64,000 bases of DNA from Lama glama (lineage: Eukaryota), in NCBI GenBank assembly GCA_028534125.1, contig CM052817.1:40674001-40738000 (forward strand). Direction: 5' to 3'. The notes below the pieces were generated by a model that was given only the letters and a program-made list of their open reading frames with translations, had not been told where the DNA came from and did no database searches. Every line of letters starts with the position of its first letter. The stretch's first letter is position 1. Position numbers and translations under genes: made by a program. Positions 9,337 through 20,559 of the stretch are shown piece by piece.

Positions 9337-11849
9337 TATAGAACGTTTTTATTTTAATGTGGTTTAGAGGAATGTTTAGACAACAACCACTAAGTCAGAG
9401 CAACTCCTCAGTGACAGACAGATTGTAAAGGAGAGCCTGAGCCAGCAGCAGAGGTGGCCAAATAACACTTGGGTTTAAGTTATGATATCAGTGACACAGG
9501 GGATAGTTCACCAAAGGCTTGACCAGTTTAAATTTCTAATTAAGAGTAAGTCAAGGAAGGGAGAGCATTTTAATGGATTTTTTTTTGGAAAGATGATATG
9601 ACAGCATTAAAGAAAAATTTGAAAAAATTAAAAACTTACCCTAATCTCAGAAACCTGACACAAATCTGTTCATTTCTGTGACTTTCCACTCCTTTTGTAG
9701 CACAGTGACACACCATTTTAAAGTTGTTGTTTTCCTATGACAAAGTAAAGCATATTTTTGTAAATAAGAAATATTTCCTTCTTTGAAGATAGAGACCATC
9801 CAACTTTAAAAGATATCTCCAACTTGGGTCTATCATGTAAAAAGACTACGATAAAAATGTTAAGAGATAGTTTGATGTGATAAATAAGACTGGTTTGTCA
9901 CGACAGGGGCTTTGGTTGTCCTTGGAGAGAGCTGCAGATGGAGTGTCTTAAGTGCGTATTTGTGATTCGGGTTTACAGATGTTTCATCCTACAAACTTGA
10001 GTATAGATATAAGAAATTATTGTATCTCCCTTCAGTTTTAGTGATAATTTAAGTAATGAACTGCTTTTTGAAATGAATGAATCTGATGTGTTAACATTTT
10101 TCACGGTGTATTCTTAGGCAATCTCTGTTAGTCGTTGGCATTGAGTTTCTCTGACATCTTTCACTCTGTAATCAGAGTAATGTATTTTCCTGGCAACTCC
10201 TGACCCAGTAGACCTTTAGGTGCTAGGGCATTTCCAAGATAGGAATGGCCTTGATTGGGAGGAGGTAGACTTGCAAAGTGATGGAAGAGCCTGACTGCGA
10301 CTGTTCTTGGTCACATTTTAAAGTTGAACCTTTGGTGGACTCAGCCCCCTCCCACCATTCACTTCCTCTGCTTCACCTTTTCTAGTGCCTCAAAGCTTAT
10401 ATAACCACCCCATTCTGGCTCAGGTTCAGAGCCAGTTCTCACTGAGGCAGGACATGAATGGTGATGGGTCCGTCACTTTCCGCTTAGCACTAGTCATTTT
10501 CCTTAGCCTGAGATGTGGGTGCTGTTGGAGGCCCCTGCCCCACTCCCTGCTTCTCTTTTGTTGTCAGCCTGGGTTTCATGCTTCAGTGACTACTGGGCTC
10601 CAACACTCTCTTCTCCGTCCTGTGTGTGCAGTGACCTTCTCTGGTTGTCAGCTCTGATGCCTGTTAACTTGTCTTGTTCTTGCCAAGCCTTCTCCCCAGA
10701 ACCAGAACCCTGTCTCTGCTTCCAGGATAGGTAACATAATCTCTGGTTTTGCCTGGACAAATGTTCTCATGTCATTCTTGAATCTTTCTTGACCCTAGAT
10801 TTACCCATGTGCTGAATGCCTCTCACAATCTTCTCCTGAACTTCCCTAGTGGACCTTTGTTTCAGCCACTGATGTTCTTTCTATTGTGCCCAGCCCATGT
10901 TCCTTTTCAGGCAACCATCTCAACCTGGTTTTGAGGCATATCTGTAGTATCCTTAATCCCCTTCCTTCCTATCTGCCCTGTGCTCTGGGAAACCCCATCT
11001 GTCTGGTACTGAGTTCTGAGACATAAGAAGATGAACTTACTATTTCTGAACCATTTTGGATTTTTGTCTTCTGATATTAGGTCTCCCCAAGCTCCCTTCC
11101 ATTTCTGCATTACCTGTTCAGAATGTGTTAGAGACAGCTTATACCACGTGCTCAAAAAGCATTTGTTGATTGACAAGTGCATAAATGATTGATTAAATGA
11201 ATGAACAACACTTTGAAGGTTGTTCAGGTTAAAAATCCAAAGCTCAGGTAAGATATTAGCCAGAGGTCACTCACTCACAGTAGATCGTAGAAGAGCTGGG
11301 ATTCAAAACCATTTCTGCTTGGCTTCAGTGCTCGTAGGAAAACATCAAAAGTGACAGCTAGTTGATGTAGTGGAAGAAATACTCATAATTCGCTCCCTAC
11401 CTAGGGAGCGTTTCAATAGTTGAAGATGAAACATCAATGGGTTTTAACCTTTTTACATGGCTTCTTGATTTATTGATTGCATCTTGGAATGTTGACTGTG
11501 AACTATTGTACTGCTGCAGTTGCTGATTGTGTGGGAGAAATGACAATTGCTTCGTGTGTGAGTGACCCAGGCGGTGTTCTTCCATGCTCTTCCACGGCAG
11601 TGAAAGTAGAGGGTACTCTTGAGAGACCCCTGGGAGGAGAAAAGCAACAAATATGAATTTGAGACTTGATTTGTCCTATGGTTATGTTGCAATGCGAGCC
11701 GAACATACACCCCAAACAATGGGTCTGACATTTTGTGGTTATTATCTCAGGGCAGACCTGGAACAGGGATGTTTTCCCTTTTCCTGGGAAGGCCTTAGGA
11801 AGATACGGGTAGGCTCTTACATAAGCCCCAGTGCTTGAGATACTCTATT

Positions 11850-12278
11850 CAGAGGCTCTTAATCTGTTCTCTGTGTGTGTGTGTGTGTGGTTTTATTTTG
11901 TTTTGGTTTTTTGGGGGTACCGTGGATTTTTCTGGCAGTCAGAAGAATGTTTTTGAATGCATAAAATGAAATATATAGGCTTACATGTATATGTAACAAT
12001 TTGTATTGAAATCCAGTTATCACAATATAGCAGGTCTAGTAAACGCTGTAAGTTTGAAATAGTGATGCGTGTAACTGAGATGGCAAAAAGTCAGCAACAA
12101 TGTGATGTGGTAGGAGAAAAGCCGGGATTTCTGTTGGTGGCAGATTCCTAGATGTTGCTAATATTACTGTGGTTTGTGCTCTGTATTATAATGCAAGGAA
12201 ACCTAACTTAGAGGTTTGTGGGGAAAAAAAGGTAATTATTTCCAACCCAAGTTCACAGTGCCCTGTTGAGGAACCCCT
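11850..12278 (+). mobile_element. MER119-like hAT-Charlie DNA transposon
   Basis: Ends cagaggctcttaatc...gttgaggaacccct; internal gaatgtttttgaatgcataaaatgaaatatatagg. Confidence 0.65.
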
Positions 12279-12954
12279 TCTCTTTGGGTAAGAGGACAGA
12301 CGGGCTGTGGAGTACCACTGCAAATCCAGTCACCCAGGCCCCCTTGTAGGTGGCAGGGGGATCCATGAGGCAATTACCCCATGACAGTCGAGCCCAGATT
12401 CCTCACTTCTTCTCTTTATGCATCACCTTCTTCTGTGTCACTGAATGAGATATGCTGGCTCCATCTTTACCCAAAGGTTAAATGTAGTGATCTATGTCAA
12501 ATAAAATATGTCACATGCCTTCAGGCCCTTAGAAGCAAAGTCAATATTTAGTAGATGTAATTTCATCTAGACAGATGTAGGGAAAATTAAATGGGAGAGA
12601 TTAGTTTTCATTATTCATGGTTCTATCTTTACCCAGTGTTTTTTTTCTTTGATGCCCTTCCTAATAAATATTTTCCTCATGATAATCATTCCCAGGATCC
12701 TAATAAAAACAAACTGGATTAGTCTCATTTCCTCCTTTAGTAAAATGTGGTTTGTTATCATATTATTATTAATAATTAAAATTTTTATTTGTTAATTGAA
12801 AGACACTGAAAAACAACAACACAAAAACCCCAAAAAGGGAAAAATCACTTTCAGTTCCTCAACTATTTGGGGGAGCTACATAAAGAAAGAAATGAAAGTC
12901 ATCCTGTTCTCTATACCTACTCCACAAGATAAACACAGTCAATAGTGTGTGTTT

Positions 12955-13063
12955 CTTTTACTTTATTTTATTTTATTATTATTTTTAATGGAGGTATTGG
13001 GGATTGAACCCAGGACCTCACGCATGCTAACATGCGCTCTACCACTAAGCCATACCCACTCCC
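12955..13063 (-). mobile_element. tRNA-Ala-derived camelid SINE (vic-1-like)
   Basis: ttaatggaggtattggggattgaacccaggacctcacgcatgctaa...ctctaccactaagcc. TSD core caatagtgtg 12940-12949 / 13066-13075. Confidence 0.85.
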
Positions 13064-13117
13064 GCCAATAGTGTGGATTTTAAACAATTTTTTTCAACTT
13101 TTTCCAGCCTGGTATCT

Positions 13118-13215
13118 GAGTGTATGTGTGTGTGTGTGTGTACTTGTGGTTTTGTATATGTGTGCTTGTGTGTGCATTTGTGTTTGTATCTTCATGTATG
13201 TGTATGTATGTGTAC
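13118..13215. repeat. Degenerate (TG)n tract
   Basis: Directly visible; generates the CVCVC-type ORFs. Confidence 0.85.
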
Positions 13216-13449
13216 TTTATTGATCATTGTAATCAACTGTGGTAACTCTAATGCTTTCTATCTGGGATGCTTTTCCATACTTTTCTTTGGCAAGATGAGT
13301 GTGTTTAAGAGGTAACACTTCTCTTCCATGTGGTCCTTGGGGCTGGTTACGGAGCACTGCTTTCCCCTGACACAGGGATGAAAATTAAGACCTGAGTCTG
13401 GCTGGCTGTAGGGATTGATTAGTCAGGAACAGGGATTTGTAGGATATTA

Positions 13450-14215
13450 ATCTAGGTTGGTTCACTCAACAGTCTTTCAACACCTGCTTCCATTGCTCTC
13501 CTTTGCTATTTTTCTAAATAATGCTAAAATTTCTCAGATACCTTTGCAGTGGGTGTGGGCATGTGACACTATTCAACCAGCAAAAAGTAAACAAAAAGTC
13601 TACAGAGGGTTTTGGGGAAGACTTTGCTTTCCTGACATAGATGGTGCTTCTTTCTTCTCAGCCTTTCCCTGAGATGCGTTGGCTTGAGCAATGGTTGCCA
13701 CCTTGGGACCACAATGAAGATGGAGAAAACTGTGTGGCTGTGAATGAAGGCCAGCAGCTGCCTACTCTGGGGATTTATCATGGTGTGAGGGGAAAACCCC
13801 CAACTCTTATGTGTTGAAACTAATTTTCATTGGGTTTTCTGTCACTTGCCTCTAAACGCAAACCCTGACTAATTTGACATGTGTCTCAAGCTGGAGCTAT
13901 CAGTCCCCCTTTGGACTTTTCTGTGGGAACTGAAGGAGAAGACAGCCTCTTTCCCTGTGGTTGCTCTGTTGGGTGGATGGGAATCTGGGCTTCCAGGGGA
14001 CACTTCAGCTACCGTGGGGAAAGGGTTTATCTGAGGAACAAAATGAGGGTTGGACAAGACCAGGAGAATCAGGCAGGCCTGATGCATTGTTTGAGTTCCT
14101 GGATGCAGTCTTGTCTAAAGCCGGAAGCTCTAGATTTATAATATTTCCTTCTTGCCCTGTGTGATTTTTAGTTAATGTTTCTCCTACTTGCAGTCAACAG
14201 ACTTCTGACTAATTG
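13450..14215 (+). mobile_element. Old MLT1-type LTR fragments (probably two)
   Basis: ctttgcagtgggtgtgggcatgtgacac...; agtcttgtctaaagcc...tacttgcagtcaacagacttctgactaat. Confidence 0.55.
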
Positions 14216-14229
14216 GGTCTACAAGTGTT

Positions 14230-15060
14230 TCATTCTCCTACACTCACATATATGCCTCCATTCCACAGAGATGCCCGTGGTTAGTTTAATATGTGTTTTC
14301 CAAGATATTTGTGAGATACACACACACAATGCATATATACACATATGTAGTTTTGTTTAAATATAAATGGCATTGTACTTTGTGTATTTTTAAGCATGTT
14401 AGCAACACATTTGAATATCTTTCCTTTTTAGCATATATAGATCTATCTCTTTTTAACAGGTGCTTAATATGTCATGGAATGGTTTTACCAAAAGTTTGTT
14501 TAGTACCGTTTCTCTTGGTGGACATTGAGATTATTTTCCTATTTCTCTGACTACAAACAAGACTACAGTGAACTTTTTGCAAGAAATCCTTTCACAAATG
14601 TTCAAGTAGTTTCTAGGATGCATTTTTACAAGTGGAATCGAGGGTGTCAGAGGATTTATATGTTCTGAGATTTTAATAGATTCTGGGCAATTTATTTGCA
14701 AAAAATTGTGTTAATTTTCACTCCCACTTATCCCCATATATAATAAGTTAATTTAAAAAATGTTGTGAAGCCAATAGTTAAAAAACTGTCCCATTGTTTT
14801 GATTACATTTTCCTGGCTATTGATCAAGTTGAGCTTATTTAAAAATATTTACTGACCATTTATAGTTATTTTGTGAATTGCTTTTTCACATTCTTTGCAC
14901 ATTTTTTTCTATGAGTTTGTTTGCCTTTCTCTTTATTACTTTGTAGGACCCCTTTGTATATTAAGGGATATATTAATTTTTTAATGGCTATGAGCATTGC
15001 AAATGATTTCTTCTAGGCATTTTTTGGGAGGTGTCTTTTATTTTACACTTTGGAAAAGTT
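14230..15060 (-). mobile_element. Ancient L1ME-type fragment
   Basis: Degenerate antisense L1 3' region (ggacattgagattattttcc, ttttcactcccac, ttgcaaatgatttcttc). Confidence 0.55.
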
Positions 15061-15214
15061 AGGCCTAACATCAGTTTTCAGAGTTGTATAATTTTGAGCA
15101 ATTTATTATACTGGCACCAGTGCAGGTGTTCCACTTGTGTATTTTGTATCAGTAAGCATTAATTGATTATTTCCTATGTTCAAGAGTAGTTTTTAATTAG
15201 CATTAAAGTTTAAG

Positions 15215-16140
15215 CTTACTTTGTTATTATGGTAAAATATACATAACATAAAATTTACCATTTAAACCATTTTTAAGTATATGGTTCAGTGGCATTAAGC
15301 ACATTTACAATGTTGTGCAAACATCAACATCCATCTCCAGAACTTTTCATCATCCCAAATTGAAATTCTGTATCCATTAACAGTAACTCCCTCTTCCCCT
15401 AGCCCCTGACAACCACCATTCTTCTTCTGTCTCTATGATTTTGACTACTCTGGGTAACTCATATAAGTGGAATCAGACCATATTTGTTTTTTTGTGACTA
15501 GCTCATGTTACTTAGCATTATGTCTTAAAGTTGATTCATGTTGTAGCATATGCTATAATTTCCTTCCTTTTCAAGGCCGAATAATATTCCATTGTTTCAC
15601 CACAAAAACAAAAAGATAACTATGCGAGGTGACGGATGTGTTAATTAACTTGATTATGGTAATCCTTTCATTATATATATATATCAAATCACCACATTGT
15701 ACACTTAAATGTATACAGTTTTATCTGTCAGTTGTACTTCAATAAACCTGGGAAAGAAAGCACTAATTAATGATACATACATAAAAATATTCCATTGTGT
15801 ATATATACCATATTTTGTTTATCCATTCATCTCTTGATGGACAGTTGGGTTGCTTCCACCTTTTGGCTACTGGGAATAATGCTGTTATGAATATCAGTGT
15901 ACAGATATCTGTCTGAGTCTCTGCCTCCAGTTCTTTTGAGTCTTATACCTAGAAGTGGAATTACTGGATCAGATGGTAATTCTATGTTTAATTTTTTGAG
16001 GAACCACCATACTTTCCACAGCATTTTCACATTCCTACCAGCAAAGCATAAGAGTTCTAATTTCTCCACACCCTCATTAACACTTGTTATTTTTTAAAAA
16101 AATAATAGCCATCCTAAGGGTTGTGAGGTAGTATTTTACA
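15215..16140 (-). mobile_element. L1MB-type 3' end interrupted by a sense L1 at 15596-15785
   Basis: ggtaaaatatacataacataaaatttaccatt...; ORF 15827-16069(-) WWFLKKLNIELPSDPVIPLLGI is L1 ORF2p-like. Confidence 0.85.
15596..15785 (+). mobile_element. L1MA-type extreme 3' end nested in L1MB
   Basis: gataactatgcgaggtgacggatgtgttaattaacttgatt...tcaataaa. TSD aatattccattgt 15583-15595 / 15786-15798. Confidence 0.85.
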
Positions 16141-16629
16141 GAATTTTTTAATCAGCATTTCTACATACAAAGTGTAGTAATCAGTTGTGAAGAAAATTAC
16201 AAGTAATTTTTTTAAAACTCAAAAGTACTGAAGTTGGTAAATGGTTTAGCTTAAAAAACTAGAGTGGACTTAACATAATTTCTTTAATAACATCAGCTTC
16301 ATCTATTTGCATTCCAGTTATGCTTTCCTGAGTGGAAGAGTAAAGGGCAGACGTATATTTCGTGTGCCAGGAATTAAGTGTAACATGTGCATTCAGTAAT
16401 ATGAACATGTCCATTTTATGTATATGTGAATATCTTGCCAGATGTTAGTGAAGGAGATGAATAAAACAAGGCTCCTTATAATCTGTTGTATGTTTACAGA
16501 TGTGGGGAAATGTCTTTGTTACTAATGCTGTTAATGGAATTTGATATAATAAAATGGCTAGTTATTTCCAAGATATAGAAAGACATTTGTATTGGATGTA
16601 AGTTTTTATATCCCTTCTCCGAGTTCTTG

Positions 16630-17123
16630 AATCAACTGTTTCTTCTGAAGGAGCCATCTTCCTCCTGATGCTGGTCTGTCTGCTGGTTCCCTTGCTTTCT
16701 GGAGTCTGAGTTGAGGCCCTGGATCCGTCTGGCATTCACAACCAGAATGCTGAGCCCCAACTTGCATGAAATTAGCCCATTACTTCTGCATCGGGGCACT
16801 CAGGGCACGGAATCCATCCTCCTGAGTGGGTACTGAGGGGCTGGGTGGTGGGCTCCGAGAAACCTTGATCAAGGGGTCCTAGAGATAGTAGTGAACTGGG
16901 CAAATAATCTCTCCTCCTTTTTTCCTGCCCTGGACTGCTGCAGGATGCTTACTTCTTTAGTCAGTTACTGAGAAGCCCCAAGTGCCAGGTGAACACCAGC
17001 TGAGTGAGCCATTGTGTCTCTGCAGATTGTTATGGGGTGGTCGGTGGCTTGCAACTTCCAAATAAAGTATCAGCACTTTAATCCTTACTGAAAGTTCTGC
17101 TTCCTAGAGGATTTGGGCTGACA
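16630..17123 (+). mobile_element. Old ERVL-class solo LTR (LTR33/40/41/50-like)
   Basis: aaaccttgatcaaggggtcc...caaataaagtatcagcactttaatcc...tctgcttcctagaggatttgggctgaca, with AATAAA and CA end. Confidence 0.6.
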
Positions 17124-19218
17124 TCACTCAGTGTATATTTTTCATCTTGTCTCTTTGGAGGGCTGATGAAGCTGATTCAAAAATGAGCTCACTTTATGTA
17201 ACTTCTTTTTGCTTGCTCATCATTTTACAGTCCTAGTAAGAAATGCGTGACCACTGCATACTATTAGTGGGCAAACATGCGGTGTAATTTCATGCATGTC
17301 AACCCTGTCTGACACCACCTAATGATTTTTGCTGTGCAAAGGCTAATGTCACCTGGAGGGGCTCTAATAGTGAGCAATTCCTTTATCAATAATGGATAGA
17401 ACTAGTCAGTGCCAAGGTCCAAATTGCTGGGTAAATTGGGCCCAAGTCCCTGGTGGTCACTGGTATTTCTCCATGATTATCTGAGAATAGTTTCATTTAC
17501 TGGATGAACAGAAAGCTGGGCAGGTTATTTATGAATATTTCCTAAGGGATATCCTTTGCCTGGTAGTGAATGCCTGGGTTTGGGTAGGAACTGGTAGAAT
17601 GCTACGACTTGTGTGTTGAAATAATCTTTAGTTAAAGAAATCGTCGAACACCTGCATCTTTATATTACACAGAAAGAAGCTAAGGCATACACACAAGCCA
17701 AAGAATACAAGAATCTCTTTTGGTTGGCAGCTGAAGACAAAGCTTTTTTTTGCTCAAGTCTTTGACTGTGGTGTTCATGATATTCAAGGTATTTTCCAAC
17801 CTTAAAGATCCTTTGGGGGTTTTACCTGAGTCAGAAAAATCTCAGTAAAAGGAATAAAGCATTTTCCTCAAGAGTAAACACTCCTGAATTTGGCTCAGAA
17901 AAATGTGGGTTGCTTGCTAGCAGAGCATTCTTTTTTCAGGCAGGGTTAATAGTCATTAATGTTTTATTTATAATATTAGCTGGAGAATTTAATGCTGAGA
18001 TTTCTGTTGCTTCAGAAATCTGCCTGAGGAATCAAAGAGAGAGGATCCTTGACTTTTCTGGGAAAGAGACTGTTTATTGTAGCTGAAGGAGGCTTAGGAA
18101 GACCTCTGGGGTGCTTTGGGCCTGCCTCGCTTTCCAGGCTGCTCGTGAAATGGTCTTACTGCCGCCTTGTTTCTACTCCTTCCCCAACCCCACTCTAGTT
18201 AGATTATATATCGGAGAAATGCGTGTTTAACTGCAATTCAATATCTAGAATTTTATTGTTAAAAACATGTAGTCATCCTCCAATCAACTTGCAGTGTGGG
18301 AACAAAGCAAGGGAATCCCCAAACTGACACAGATTGTTCAAGTATTTTTAATAGTCCCGATTAAAGTTTGGGATTTTATTGCTATTGCCTGTCAAAACAC
18401 AAATCTACCTCCTGTGGTGCTTAGCATGATGTTTGCTTTTCTTATTTATCAATTAATGACTTTTATGTTTACCTTATTAGAAGATTTCTTTTTGAAGAGA
18501 GTGATAGCTGTGTATTTATTGGTGGTTAAGATGTTGAACTTGACTCTAGATCTGCTTCCTCCCAGGAACTAGATTCTAACTATGTGTTTATTCTTCTGTG
18601 TTATTTGAGGTAGTTTTCATTAACAAAGCTACCCTTTGCTCAATTCTAGTAGTTTTTTTTAAAGTGATTTCTTTATACTTTTTTTCTTCTATGACTCTTG
18701 GAGAATGCCGTGTCCCTACTGTGAAATGTCACTCAGCTGTTAGCATGGGTCATTGAGGACACAGTCCTAGAAGAGTTCAACAGGGGATTTAAAGGGAGGA
18801 GAGTCCACGTAGACACAGTATCAATTCTGTCATCATTTCCTCTTGTATTTCATCCAGTGAACTCCCCATATTATTTCCATCCTTCTCTGATACTACCATG
18901 GCTTTTATGTATTTGTGTCCTGGCTACCCTTTTTTGCTCCAATTGTGGACAGTTACTAACCCCACCAAGAACCTACTCTTTTTAGGAGATCCAAAGAAAG
19001 ATGTTATTCTCTTGTTTCTTTCTTTCTTTTTTTTTTGTCCTCAGGGAGATGAACATAAGAATTATTTGTCATAGCACAAAATTGTAAATAATGTTAAAGT
19101 CCATTATTGGGGGAAAATTAAATAAACCAATTTAGCCATACACTGAAATACTGTATGTGAACTTTTTAGAAAAGATGGAGTAAATCTCTATATACAAACA
19201 TGATCACCTACAATTTTT

Positions 19219-19425
19219 TTTCAGTTTTATTAGTTAAAATTAATACAATTTGACTGCACGTATACAATATATTTTATGCAAATACATATATACAATATAC
19301 TGCATATATTTTTAAAAATTTACAGATATGTACTGTTCATTGTTTCTAAGAACAGTTTAAAGCTTTAGCTTTTTAAACTTACATAGTTATCAAAGGAATA
19401 AAGCCAACCACAAAATAAGAATCAA
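19219..19425 (-). mobile_element. Orphan retroposed polyadenylated fragment inside an old sense L1ME
   Basis: Minus-strand AATAAA (19226-19231) next to an A tail. TSD gatcacctacaattttt 19202-19218 / gatcatcttcaattttt 19426-19442. Confidence 0.6.
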
Positions 19426-20559
19426 GATCATCTTCAATTTTTGTTGCGTGAAAATACCAGGTTAGAATATGACTTGAAAGATGATAACATTTAGGTAAAA
19501 AATAACATCATTATATAATTGGATTCATTTAATTTATAATGTATTTTTTAAAAGTTGGTATGATATGATATTTTGCTTATTTTTTGCATGCATATTCTTA
19601 AATCAATTTGGTCTTGTATCAATTAGCTTTTGCTGTGAAACAGACAATTCCAAAAACACAGTTGTTTAAAATAGTAGGTTGGTTGACTGGTTGGTTCTCA
19701 TTCTGCCCCACAGTGGACACTCTGTCCTCATTGTGTAATTGATCAGGGAGATCTGATGTGGGCCCAAGGAAGATGCTGATGGGAAAAGCATCCCTGCACT
19801 TCAGAGCTGTTCTTCAATGATGTATCTGTGCTTTATTTAATTATGGTTAGTATCAGCCAGGCACATAGTAGTTGCTCAAAAAATTTGTTAAATTGTTAAA
19901 AATGATATTTAACTTTTGTGAAGTGCCTACTATATGCTGGGCACTATTTTAAGTGCTTTCTATGCATTAGCTCATTTAACAAATAAATGGACATTATGAA
20001 AGATAACAGAAGAAAATGTCTCTGAATTGGACAGACATTAATCTAGTCCATATTCTATTGAAATTTCTGAACATGTTCAAACTCACTTTTGAAGTCAGTA
20101 GGAAATATTTACTAAATGCAGCTACTCAGCATTATAAAATGTTCACTCTCAATTTTTGTGCCTGAAGCAGGTATTTAAATAATCTTCTCAGGGATCTGAG
20201 AATCAGAAAAGAAATTTCCATCTCTCTTTTCTCATGTTTGATAGAGTGGTTGGATGTTTGAAATTTTGGAAGTTGTTATTGTAAACCAAAATTATTAATC
20301 ATATTAATATTTTCTTGTACGTGTTTGAAGATGGATATTATAATTTTACACCACAAACACTTGTGCAATAATAAACTCTGAGTAGATTGTTTAGTGGTGC
20401 ATCATAGTGTTTTCCCTGAGGACTCTTTTGCAGGGAGAAAATGACTGTCCTGAATGTTATAAAAATAACTCATGTGCATTAATAAACAACATGGCAGTGC
20501 CTGATATGTCTTTGTCCTAGTTCAGGGCCTTTAACTTAGGATCTCAATAAGTGATTGTT

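Noticed and set aside
12986..13063. tRNA-Ala-like sequences with A/B boxes (also near 1975-2048 and 30225-30308)
   Set aside because: They are SINE heads with A-rich tails and TSDs, and their stems are disrupted; not tRNA genes
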